Below, in pieces: positions 9,071 through 18,286 of a stretch of DNA of 64,000 nucleotides (position 1 is its first letter; the number at the start of each line of letters is the position of its first letter). Made by a program: the position numbers and the translations under genes. Below the pieces are notes generated by a model. That model was not told the DNA's origin. It ran no database searches and was given only the letters and a program-made list of their open reading frames with translations. Source of the DNA: Candidatus Methanomethylicia archaeon (lineage in GTDB: Archaea; Thermoproteota; Methanomethylicia; Culexarchaeales; Culexarchaeaceae); the NCBI GenBank assembly GCA_038727515.1, contig JAVYVS010000004.1, positions 52,619-116,618 on the forward strand, written 5' to 3'.

Positions 9071-10218
9071 TATATGTGGTATTTTTCCTTTTCATAAGCA
9101 TATTTCAATAATTCTTCTTCTACTTCATCTACTATTGCCCATGGGTCTTCATCTTCATCTATTGATCTTCTAATTTTACTTGTTCCCGTTAAGATATCCA
9201 TCCAATATTTCCCCTTAACCTTCCTCCATTGGAATTTCTCTGGGTATAGTCTTTTTATTGTACTTATTATTTGTAGTCCAGTTAGGAATGGTCTGAATAA
9301 TCCCCTATCCATCACATATATTTCTACTCCTCCACATAATTTCCCTCTATATTTACCGCTATTTGGTTTGAATGTTAATGGTCTAAATTTAACTCCACTT
9401 AATCCAGTTTTATTTAGTTCTTCTGATAGTTTCTTTGGTTTTATCCATGGTGCTCCAATTACTTGGAATGGTTTTGTAGTTCCCCTCCCCTCAGATATGT
9501 TTGTAGCTTCAATTAAACATGTTCCAATGTATACATGTGCTGTTTCTGGTGTTGGCATATTTGGTGATGGTGGAATCCATGGTAATCCAGTTTGATCAAA
9601 CCATAAGCTTCTACTCCAACCCTCCATGGATACAACTCTTAAATCAGCTTTTAAATGGTATTTCTCATTTAGATATGTAGCTATTTCCCCTATGGTTAAT
9701 CCATATCTAACTGGTATTTCAGCTATTCCAACGAAAGATCTATATTCTCCCTCTAGTATTGGTCCCTCTAATATTTCTCCTGTTATTGGGTTTGGTCTAT
9801 CTAATACTATAATTTTCAATTCATTTTCTCCACATGCTTCTAAACAGTAGTAGAGGGTTGAGATATATGTATACCATCTTGCACCTACATCTTGTAAATC
9901 AAATACTAGTGCTTCTAAATCCTCCATATCTTCTCTTCTTGGTTTATAGTTTAATCCATATAGGCTTTTTATTTCAACTTTATACTCTTCGTCATAATAT
10001 GATGTGGTTATAGGTTTTGTTTCTGTAATTGTAAATCCATGTTCAGGGGTGAATACCCTTTTAACTTGGCATTTCCCAATTCTCCTTGCTTCATCTATTA
10101 TATGTGTGAATTGTGGAGTTACACTTGATTGATTTGCCACTATCCCTATACTTCTACCTCTTAAATCTCCAAAATCTTCTTCTATTAATATTTCCAATCC
10201 AATTTTCACTCTATCCAA
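9067..10218 (-). CDS. namZ: Exo-beta-N-acetylmuramidase NamZ (DUF1343/GH171), no signal peptide
   Basis: PEHG, SLYG, DLQDVGARWYTY, LDRPNP, W.PPSPNMPT and SEGRGTT.PF. Confidence 0.92.
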   Translation of the reverse strand: MDRVKIGLEILIEEDFGDLRGRSIGIVANQSSVTPQFTHIIDEARRIGKCQVKRVFTPEHGFTITETKPITTSYYDEEYKVEIKSLYGLNYKPRREDMEDLEALVFDLQDVGARWYTYISTLYYCLEACGENELKIIVLDRPNPITGEILEGPILEGEYRSFVGIAEIPVRYGLTIGEIATYLNEKYHLKADLRVVSMEGWSRSLWFDQTGLPWIPPSPNMPTPETAHVYIGTCLIEATNISEGRGTTKPFQVIGAPWIKPKKLSEELNKTGLSGVKFRPLTFKPNSGKYRGKLCGGVEIYVMDRGLFRPFLTGLQIISTIKRLYPEKFQWRKVKGKYWMDILTGTSKIRRSIDEDEDPWAIVDEVEEELLKYAYEKEKYHIY

Positions 10219-11152
10219 TTTTCTTCACCTTTGCTATTTCTATAGCTTTTAATGGTATTCCACCAGCTTCTTCCAAGAGTTTTTCAGCTTCTTCTTTGCT
10301 TAAGTTTGTTTTAGCCATTATTATTGCTAATATAACATTACCATTTGCTTCCAATAATTTTTCTTCAGCTTCTTCATATGATACTCCTGCTTCCTCCATT
10401 ATTATCCTTTTAGCTCTTTCCCTAAGTTTATCGCTTACTGGAGTTAGATTTATCATATGTCCACTTTTTACTCTACCAAGTTTTATCATAGCTGTAGTAC
10501 TCATCATTGTTAATATAACCTTTTGTGCTGTTGCTGCCTTCATCCTTGTTGATCCAGTTATAACTTCTGGCCCTGTTTCTGGTGCTATTACTATATCTGC
10601 ATATTTTGTTATTTCACCCTTCCGATTACTTGTTATTGCTATTGTTTTTGCACCTATACTTTTTGCATATTTTAATGCTGATATTACGAAGGGTGTTCTT
10701 CCACTAGCACTTATACCCACAATTACATCTCCACTTTTAATCCTCCTAGCTTTTAATTCTCTTATTGCTGTTTCTTCATCATCTTCAGCTCCTTCTATTG
10801 GTCTAAATATTGCTCCAGGTCCTCCTGCAATTATTGCTTCCACAGTTTCTGGTCCAATATTGAAGGTTGGTAGTAGTTCTGCTGCATCCATTACTGCCAA
10901 TCTACCGCTTGTTCCAGCTCCAATATATATCATCTTCCCCCCATTGGATATGGCTTCAACTATTAATTCTACTGCTTTACATATATTCTCCAATTCTCTT
11001 CCCACAGCTTCCACAGCCTTTTTATCTTCTTCATTTATTATGCGTAGTATCTCTATTGTTGGCATATTCTCTATATCTTGTATACCCTTAATTTTTGATT
11101 CTGTAGGTGTTTCCTCTAATTCTTTAAATATCTTTAATCTATCTTTATACAT
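10211..11152 (-). CDS. murQ: N-acetylmuramic acid 6-phosphate etherase
   Basis: GAGTSGRL..DA.E..PTF, EGAED, GISASGRTPFV and GPEVITGSTRMKA.TAQK. Confidence 0.95.
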   Translation of the reverse strand: MYKDRLKIFKELEETPTESKIKGIQDIENMPTIEILRIINEEDKKAVEAVGRELENICKAVELIVEAISNGGKMIYIGAGTSGRLAVMDAAELLPTFNIGPETVEAIIAGGPGAIFRPIEGAEDDEETAIRELKARRIKSGDVIVGISASGRTPFVISALKYAKSIGAKTIAITSNRKGEITKYADIVIAPETGPEVITGSTRMKAATAQKVILTMMSTTAMIKLGRVKSGHMINLTPVSDKLRERAKRIIMEEAGVSYEEAEEKLLEANGNVILAIIMAKTNLSKEEAEKLLEEAGGIPLKAIEIAKVKKIG

Positions 11153-12101
11153 ATGCCCATTCCTCTATGTTTCTTATGATTTCATTGTTTATTTCTATTC
11201 CCATTTCCCTTAATCCCATTAATATTGTTCCAGCTATCCCTCTATATTTACACTTTACAACTTCTACTTCTGGGTATTCTCCCTCTAATTCTTTCTTTAT
11301 CTTTTCCAATAATCTCTTGGATGTTTTAAATAATCCTCCAAAACATTGTACTTCACACTTCCCATATCCACTTTTCCTTATCACTATTTTCACGATTTTA
11401 GCTAATTCTCTTCCAGCTTCATCTATTATCTCTATTGCTTCTTCATCTCCTTCTTCACATGCTTCCGCTATTTCTTCAGCTATTTTAGCTATTTCGCTTA
11501 TCCCTCTTTGACCATATATTCTTTCTATTATTTGCGTTGGTGATGTTACTTTATATAATTCCATTATCCTCTTGGATAATGGTGTTTGTGGGATTTCTTC
11601 ATCATATCTTCTAAACATTTTGTTTAAAGCCTTTTTAGCTATCCAAAATCCGCTTCCTTCATCTCCAATTAAATATCCCCATCCTCCAGCTCTAATCTTT
11701 CTTCCATCTACTTCTGTGTATGCTATTGATCCTGTTCCACATATTAATACTATTACATTTCCCCTATGTTTTACTGTTTCATATGCTATTTTTGCGTCTG
11801 ATACTATTATTACCCTTTTCGAATATTTATTGTCTATTAGCTTAATTATTTCTTCTCTATTCCTTTCATTTTCTAATCCTGCTGCTCCTATTACGCATAA
11901 TTCTGCTTTTCCATTTATTTTCACATTTTCTAAACTTTCCAATAGATTTCTTGTTGCTTCTTCTAATCCTACACTATTTATGTTTATGCTTCCTGAAACA
12001 TGTCTTTTTATTATTTTCCCATTTACCCATGTTGATACAGCTTCAGTTTTACTTCCTCCACCATCAATTCCAATTATATATTGTTTTTCCAATTTACTCA
12101 T
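11145..12101 (-). CDS. BadF/BadG/BcrA/BcrD-family amino-sugar kinase (MurK-like MurNAc/GlcNAc kinase)
   Basis: GIDGGGSKT, SDA, GTGSI and RAGGWGYLIGDEGSG.WI; overlaps murQ in an operon. Confidence 0.85.
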   Translation of the reverse strand: MSKLEKQYIIGIDGGGSKTEAVSTWVNGKIIKRHVSGSININSVGLEEATRNLLESLENVKINGKAELCVIGAAGLENERNREEIIKLIDNKYSKRVIIVSDAKIAYETVKHRGNVIVLICGTGSIAYTEVDGRKIRAGGWGYLIGDEGSGFWIAKKALNKMFRRYDEEIPQTPLSKRIMELYKVTSPTQIIERIYGQRGISEIAKIAEEIAEACEEGDEEAIEIIDEAGRELAKIVKIVIRKSGYGKCEVQCFGGLFKTSKRLLEKIKKELEGEYPEVEVVKCKYRGIAGTILMGLREMGIEINNEIIRNIEEWAYV

Positions 12102-12196
12102 TAAATTTTATTTGTATTATTTTTAAGTTATTATTTTCGTTTTATTTTGTTTGGAAAGGTTAATATTTTCTTTATTTAAAATTTTATTGGGCGTCT

Positions 12197-12847
12197 ATGA
12201 AAATTATTCCAGATGAGTATGTTGATGAAGTTAAAAATATCCTTAGTGGTTTAAGGGATGATGTTAGAATTCTACTTTTCACTCAGAGGTTTAAGTGTAC
12301 TGGATGTAGGGAGGCTGAAGATCTACTTATGGATTTATCAAGTTTATCTAGTAGGATTGTTTTAGAGAAGTATGTTTATGAGGATTCTAGGGTTAAATTT
12401 AATGAGTATAATGTTACTTATGTTCCTACGATAATTGTTGTTTCAAGGTATACTGGTGGTATGGCTAGATTTCTAGGGGTTCCATTGGGTTATGAATTTT
12501 CAAGTTTATTGGAGGATATCCTTCATGCTTCTACTGGTGAATTTGATTTGCCTAAGTCTATTGTTAGAGAGGTTAGTGGGATAAATTTTGATGTTGATAT
12601 TAAAGTTTTTGTGACTTTAACATGCCCATACTGTCCAGTGGCTGTTTCCAATGTTCATAGTTTCTCTCTAATAAATCCTAAGATTAAGGGTGAAATGATA
12701 GATGCATCTCTATTTCCAAATTTAGCTTTAAAATATTCTGTTTCTGCTGTTCCAAAAACTATTATAAATGATTCTGTGGAGATTGTAGGTGCATTTCCAC
12801 CTGAACTACTCTTAAAGAAGATTTTTGAAGCTGTTAAGTATAAGTAG
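12197..12847 (+). CDS. Protein disulfide oxidoreductase (two thioredoxin folds)
   Basis: CTGC and CPYC motifs; G.P.GYEF.S and SAVP. Confidence 0.88.
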   Translation: MKIIPDEYVDEVKNILSGLRDDVRILLFTQRFKCTGCREAEDLLMDLSSLSSRIVLEKYVYEDSRVKFNEYNVTYVPTIIVVSRYTGGMARFLGVPLGYEFSSLLEDILHASTGEFDLPKSIVREVSGINFDVDIKVFVTLTCPYCPVAVSNVHSFSLINPKIKGEMIDASLFPNLALKYSVSAVPKTIINDSVEIVGAFPPELLLKKIFEAVKYK

Positions 12848-12896
12848 ATTCCACATCTTTATCTATATCCATCTCTAATATTTTATTGGTGATTTA

Positions 12897-14300
12897 TTGG
12901 TTAAGTATGATTTAATTTTGAAGGGTGGATTTGTAGTTGATCCTAAGAATGGATTAGAGGATTATATGGATATTGCTATTTCCAATGGTAAAATAGCTGA
13001 ATTGAGTGATGATATTGATATTAGGAGTGGACGTGAAGTTATAGATGTTTCTGATAGAATAGTGTTTCCAGGGGTTATAGATTCACATACTCATATTGGA
13101 AGGTTTGGACATAAGATGATGGCTAAAGTTGGAGTTATAACTGCTGTAGATATGTCTGCATCCATGGATACATTGATATCGAATTTAAAGGTTTATGGTG
13201 CTGGATTAAATGTTGCAACGGTTACAAATATTAGGAATTATTATCCAAAGGCTTCTGAAATTCTTAGTGATTCTGAGATTAAAGAAGCTGTTGGGAAAGC
13301 TTTATGTGAAGGTGCTCTTGGTATAAAGATTGCTGGTGGTCATAATCCATTTACCCCTGAAACTACTGCTAGAATTATTGATGAATGTAATAGAGCTGGA
13401 TGTTATATTGCTTTTCATGTTGGTACCACTAAGACTGGAAGTGATTTAAATGGTTTTCTTGAAGCTTTAGATCTTGCTGGAGATAATGGTTTACATATAG
13501 CTCATGTTAATAGTTATTGTAGAGGTTTAATTGAAGATCCAGTTTATGAAGCTTTGAAAGCTATTTCAGCTTTAAAGGGTAAAAGGAGAATTGCTTCAGA
13601 ATCATATTTAGCTTTAATTAATGGTACTAGTGGTAGATGTGTAAATAATGTTCCTGTTAGTCGTGTTACTAGGAATTGTCTTAGGATGAAGGGTTATAGT
13701 GAAGATTTTGAAGGTTTAAAGAAGGCTATAATGGATGGATATTGTTATGTTAGAGTGGAGGCTGGGGGTGAATCTATACTTGTAACTGGGGATGAAGGGG
13801 TTAAGTATTGGTTGGAGGCTGGAACTGATATTGGTGTAAGCTTTCCAGTTAATGATCCTGAAGCTCAAATAGTTTTAGCTACAGCTAGAGATGGTGATAG
13901 ATTTATTGTAGATGCAATTAGTACTGATGGTGGTGATATACCTAGAAATGTGCAAGTTGAATATGGTATGCTCTTAGTTAAACTTGGAGCTTTAAGTTTA
14001 AAGGATCTTGCTATTAAATTATCTCTTAATCCAGCTATGATGTTTGGTTTTAAAGATAAGGGGCATTTGGGTGTTGGTGCAGATGCAGATATAACTGTTA
14101 TTGACCCATTTATTGGAAGTGCATGTATGGGTATTTCTGGTGGTAGAATTATTATGGTTGATGGAGTTGCAATTGTCTCTGGTGGCAGGGTTATAACTAC
14201 AGAGTATGGTTTAGAATATGTGAAGCGTAGTGGAGTGGAATATTTGATTGCAGATTTATCTAAGGCTAAGATTTATTCCGGTGAGATATATGGTAGTTAA
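12897..14300 (+). CDS. Amidohydrolase superfamily protein (dihydroorotase-like), substrate unknown
   Basis: PG.IDSHTH, GIK, AFH, AHV, STDGG, NPA...G...KG.L..GADADI. Confidence 0.75.
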   Translation: MVKYDLILKGGFVVDPKNGLEDYMDIAISNGKIAELSDDIDIRSGREVIDVSDRIVFPGVIDSHTHIGRFGHKMMAKVGVITAVDMSASMDTLISNLKVYGAGLNVATVTNIRNYYPKASEILSDSEIKEAVGKALCEGALGIKIAGGHNPFTPETTARIIDECNRAGCYIAFHVGTTKTGSDLNGFLEALDLAGDNGLHIAHVNSYCRGLIEDPVYEALKAISALKGKRRIASESYLALINGTSGRCVNNVPVSRVTRNCLRMKGYSEDFEGLKKAIMDGYCYVRVEAGGESILVTGDEGVKYWLEAGTDIGVSFPVNDPEAQIVLATARDGDRFIVDAISTDGGDIPRNVQVEYGMLLVKLGALSLKDLAIKLSLNPAMMFGFKDKGHLGVGADADITVIDPFIGSACMGISGGRIIMVDGVAIVSGGRVITTEYGLEYVKRSGVEYLIADLSKAKIYSGEIYGS

Positions 14301-14727
14301 TGTATATGTGGAATTGAAATTTATACCTGAAATAGGCTTTATAGCTAAGAATAGTCAAAATCAAGCTGTTCTAATGAGAGCTCCAATAAAGGATCTTCCA
14401 CCTGTAGGTCCAAGTCCAATGGAACTTTTATTGATGGCACTTGCTGGATGTACTGGTTACGATGTAATTTCAATACTTTTAAAGATGAGGCAGAAGATTG
14501 AGGGATTTGAGATTAAGGTTAATGGTGTTAGGAGAGATGAAGATCCAAGGGTTTATGTGAATATTGATTTAAAGTATATTGTTTATGGAGATGTAGATGA
14601 AGATAAACTTAAAGAAGCTATTAGATTATCCGTGGAGAAATACTGTTCTGTTTCAGCTATGCTTAAGAATGGTGGAGTAAACGTTAATGTTTCTCATGAA
14701 GTAATTAAACCTTCAACCCCCAGATAA
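14290..14727 (+). CDS. OsmC family protein
   Basis: GPSPMELLL.ALAGC and KYCSV; start moved to ATG 14290 behind GGTGA. Confidence 0.9.
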   Translation: MVVNVYVELKFIPEIGFIAKNSQNQAVLMRAPIKDLPPVGPSPMELLLMALAGCTGYDVISILLKMRQKIEGFEIKVNGVRRDEDPRVYVNIDLKYIVYGDVDEDKLKEAIRLSVEKYCSVSAMLKNGGVNVNVSHEVIKPSTPR

Positions 14728-14761
14728 ATTTTTAACAAACTTTTTACCACAATTTTCTTGA

Positions 14762-14837
14762 AGCCGGGTGGTGTAGCGGCCAAGCATGGCGGGCTCTGGC
14801 CCCGTCGACGGGAGTTCGAATCTCCCCCCGGCTACCA
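14762..14837 (+). tRNA. tRNA-Gln(CTG), intronless, CCA encoded
   Basis: Acceptor AGCCGGG/CCCGGCT (A1-U72 typical of archaeal tRNA-Gln); anticodon arm GCGGG-CTCTGGC-CCCGT; T arm GGGAG-TTCGAAT-CTCCC; A-CCA end; 76 nt. Confidence 0.95.
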
Positions 14838-14903
14838 ATAATTCCATCAATAAACCATTTACATTATTCAAAAGTTTTATTTCATAATTTTATCCATATT
14901 ATC

Positions 14904-15574
14904 TTGGTGTTATTATTGCTGGACTTTTATAGCGTAATGTTTTTGACCGGCGTTTTAGCTTTATGGAATTTCTTTGTTATACATTATCTCTCCAAGTGGG
15001 TTTACAATTTCTTTAATGCACATTACATTCATATTCCAGCTGCATATATTGGTAGGAAGGTTGTACATATACTTAACGGTGGTATTACAACTATTTGTAC
15101 TGCATTGTTTTATGAAGGTTATTATTGGATTGTCTCTATTGCAGCTCTCCTAATTGCTTTATATATTGATTATCGTAGGAGGACTAATATCATGTATTGG
15201 TTTCAAGTGGAGGGTAATAGATATGAAGTTCATTTTGCAATAATGTTTGGTTTAATACTTTATCTCGGCGTTTTTCTAGGTGATGTTTGGATTGGTTTAA
15301 TTGGAATGTTATTTATGTCTTTTGGTGATGCTGTTACCGGTCTTATTAGAGCTTTTAGACAACGTAGACAAGTTAAATCTTGGGATGGAACTATTGCAAT
15401 GTTTATTGTCTGTTCCTTTATAGCCTTTTCAAATATGGTTTCTATGGTGTTTTCATGGCGTTAATCTCTAGTTTGGTTGAGAGAATTCCAAAGGTTGATG
15501 ATAACGTTATGGTTCCATTAGCCTCTGGATTTATGGCTTACATATACAACCTCTTTCCAATTCTACATGTTTAA
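14904..15574 (+). pseudogene. Dolichol/phytol-kinase-like (cytidylyltransferase family) membrane protein split by a -1 frameshift near 15426-15430
   Basis: Frame 1 has RKVVH, FGDAVTG and KSW.GT; the expected C-terminus (ERI..VDDN..VP) is in the overlapping ORF 15380-15574. Confidence 0.7.
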
Positions 15575-15575
15575 T

Positions 15576-16964
15576 TCATAGACTTCTAATTTTGTGTAGT
15601 CTATTTCTCTCCATGTATAAATCTATTTTACCATCTCTTGTAATTGTGAATTCCACTGGTTGTCTAACTCCATTAGACCATATATAGAATCTTAAATCCT
15701 CTAAATTATCATTTTCCGGTATTAATGGCATTGAAACATCTATGAATTCATCTTTTTGCTCTATATATAGCATTCCACCCTTATTAACTACGTTTACCCT
15801 TATTACTCCCCCATACCCCTCATATACTCCAGTTAACATATCTAGATTCTTCTGTATCTTTAATGCTGGCACTTCATTTATGCTTCTCCCCATAATTAAT
15901 GCTAGAATTGTATGTGCAATTGTTGTATGTGGGAATCCTGTTGTATTTGAAGCCATTACTATTCCAATCTTTTCCATTGGTATGAATGCTACATATGCTG
16001 TTGAACATCCAGTTGATCCACTATGCGCCACCAATTTTCTTTCAAAGAAGTCTTCTATTATACCCCATCCATAACCATATCCTTCTCTACCATAATATGT
16101 CCTCGGCCTCTCTATGTGTATCTTCTGCATTTCCATTATGTTCTCTGGTTTTGCCAATTCTATATCTCCAAATCTTCCATTATTCATTGAAGCTATTATG
16201 TATCTTGAGAATCCCATAACTGAACTTATCAATCCACCTGCAGCATGAATTAATTTGTCAAAGGGCATTCTAACTTTTATTGGTTTTCCATCTCTACTCT
16301 TCCAGTATGGTGTTATCTTATCTGGGTCTTTCTCAAAATCTTCCTTTAAAAATGTACTTCTATCCATTTTTAATGGTGTTAATATGTTCCTCTTAATATA
16401 TTCATGGTATTCCATTCCACTCAACTTCTCAATTATATCTCCAAGTATAGTGTATCCAGCGTTTAAATAGAAGTATCTTTCACCTGGATCTGCAACTACT
16501 TCTTCTTGAGCATTATTTATGAATCTATAGAAATCCTCCATACTACTCATAGGTATAAATATATCCTTTATTCCAGTTGCCCTCCTCAAACTTATTACTG
16601 CTGTGTTTAACGATGGTACTCCAGATGAATGTGAAAGTAAATGCTTTATCCTTATAGGTTTATCTGGTCTTCCAATTTTTATTGGAGCATACTTATTCAC
16701 TGGATCTTCTAAATCTATCTTCCCCTTCTCCATCAACTGTATTATTGCAAGTGCAGTCATAGATTTTGTACATGATCCAAATCCATATAATGTATTTATT
16801 GTTGCAGGTTTATTTTCTTCTATATCCCTTGAACCAAAGGCATCTGCATATATAACTTCTTCTCCCTTAACTATTGCTATACTTAATCCCGGTGTTTTCG
16901 TTTTCTCCATTATTACTGGTATTTCTTTATCTATATACTCCCTTATTCTCTCTATCTTATTCAT
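15576..16964 (-). CDS. Beta-lactamase-fold serine hydrolase (Pab87/CubicO-like peptidase)
   Basis: SxxK (SCTK), LL.H.SG, YxN (YLN) and HSG; extra C-terminal beta domain. Confidence 0.85.
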   Translation of the reverse strand: MNKIERIREYIDKEIPVIMEKTKTPGLSIAIVKGEEVIYADAFGSRDIEENKPATINTLYGFGSCTKSMTALAIIQLMEKGKIDLEDPVNKYAPIKIGRPDKPIRIKHLLSHSSGVPSLNTAVISLRRATGIKDIFIPMSSMEDFYRFINNAQEEVVADPGERYFYLNAGYTILGDIIEKLSGMEYHEYIKRNILTPLKMDRSTFLKEDFEKDPDKITPYWKSRDGKPIKVRMPFDKLIHAAGGLISSVMGFSRYIIASMNNGRFGDIELAKPENIMEMQKIHIERPRTYYGREGYGYGWGIIEDFFERKLVAHSGSTGCSTAYVAFIPMEKIGIVMASNTTGFPHTTIAHTILALIMGRSINEVPALKIQKNLDMLTGVYEGYGGVIRVNVVNKGGMLYIEQKDEFIDVSMPLIPENDNLEDLRFYIWSNGVRQPVEFTITRDGKIDLYMERNRLHKIRSL

Positions 16965-17047
16965 GTTATAGGTTGTATTTACACCATTATATTTTGTTTT
17001 TGATTTGGAAATCCTTTTAAACTATATTTATACATGTAAATATTGGG

Positions 17048-18271
17048 ATGCCCATGCCAATAGACTATTACACTGCTTGTATACCATATAGTTTAACGAA
17101 TCTTGCTTCGCAAATATCTTCTCCAACGCTTATCCGTATAGACATAAACATACCTGTTGTAGATGGAAGGATAATGGAGGATAATATGAGGATAATTGCA
17201 TATGCACATATACTTGAGCTTTTATCTGAGTATGCTGGTCTTGTTGTTGTAGCACATCAAGGAAGACCTGGAGATGAAGATTTTATTCCATTAAAACAAC
17301 ATTGGATTACTTTAAGAAGGCTTTTACCATCAAAGATTGATATAGAATTTATCCCTAAGGAGAAGGTTTTTACTGAAGAGACTAGGGAGAGGATTAAGAA
17401 TCTTAGGGAACGTGAAATACTTTTGCTAGATAATATTAGGATGTTTGAAGAAGAACAAAAGTGGAATCCTGAGAAATCTCAATTTCTAAAATTCTTTAAG
17501 GGTATTATTAAAAGCTGTGTTAATGATGCTATACCAGTTTGGCATAGGGCTCATACAAGTGTTATGGCGCTCCCATATATTGCTAAAACTTGGGTTGGTT
17601 TGAGATCTATGTATGAATTAAAGGCTTTAAGTGAAGTTATGCGTTGCGCCAATGATTGCGCCATTATTATGGGTGGAGCTAAACTTCAGAAAATTCAATA
17701 TTTAACGGCTATATTATCTAAGATGGAAGGTTTTACTGGAGGGCTTCCAGGGCAACTTATTGCTAGAGTTAAAGGTTATGATCTAGGTCCTAGAAACAAC
17801 TCATTTTTAGAAGCTAAAATGTCTAAGGAGGATTTTGAAGCTGCAAAGATTTTAGCTGAAAAATTTAATGTTGCTCATCCAGTGGATTTTGTTGTTTTAG
17901 ATAATGGTGAAATCAAAGAGGTTGCTTTAAAGGATATGGCGAATTGTAATGGGATTATAATGGATATTGGAAGTGAAACAGTTGAGGTATATGCTAGGAA
18001 GCTTCAAGAGAAGATTTATAGAATTAGAGCCGGCCCACTTGGAGTTTATGAAAAGGGGTTCTCCAATGGTATTGAATTAACTAAGCTTATTGCAGGTTTA
18101 GGACTTATATTTCTTGGTGGTGATACTACTGCTGAAATTGTTAAGTATGGTTTAGATAGGATTATATTGAGTACTGGTGGAATGCTTTGTATTAGTGGTG
18201 GAGCATTTATACATGGATTAGCTGGTGAAAATTATCCTTCCGTAGATCTTATTTTAAAGCAAAATAAATAA
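17048..18271 (+). CDS. pgk: Phosphoglycerate kinase (divergent)
   Basis: RIDIN.P, HQGRPG, LLDN.R, VNDA...HRAH.S, GGAK, DIG and GGDT. Confidence 0.8.
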   Translation: MPMPIDYYTACIPYSLTNLASQISSPTLIRIDINIPVVDGRIMEDNMRIIAYAHILELLSEYAGLVVVAHQGRPGDEDFIPLKQHWITLRRLLPSKIDIEFIPKEKVFTEETRERIKNLREREILLLDNIRMFEEEQKWNPEKSQFLKFFKGIIKSCVNDAIPVWHRAHTSVMALPYIAKTWVGLRSMYELKALSEVMRCANDCAIIMGGAKLQKIQYLTAILSKMEGFTGGLPGQLIARVKGYDLGPRNNSFLEAKMSKEDFEAAKILAEKFNVAHPVDFVVLDNGEIKEVALKDMANCNGIIMDIGSETVEVYARKLQEKIYRIRAGPLGVYEKGFSNGIELTKLIAGLGLIFLGGDTTAEIVKYGLDRIILSTGGMLCISGGAFIHGLAGENYPSVDLILKQNK

Positions 18272-18286
18272 AAATTAAATTTTTAT

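Noticed and set aside
10113-11213. 366-aa plus-strand ORF, and many similar shadow ORFs (e.g. 11572-12126, 45901-46542, 50025-50585, 51035-51661, 58887-60416)
   Set aside because: They are antisense to well-supported genes, low-complexity and without motifs; they are expected from the strand-biased codon usage
12897-14300. Calling the amidohydrolase NagA to complete the MurNAc pathway
   Set aside because: It lacks the NagA H.EGP and THLFNAM motifs, and has a Lys-type rather than Glu metal bridge
14762-14903. tRNA-Gln as attachment site of an integrated element carrying the mur genes
   Set aside because: I saw no integrase, transposase or duplicated tRNA 3' end, and the neighbouring genes have host-like composition
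15420-15440. Programmed -1 ribosomal frameshift
   Set aside because: No in-phase X XXY YYZ heptamer or evident downstream structure; a simple indel is more likely
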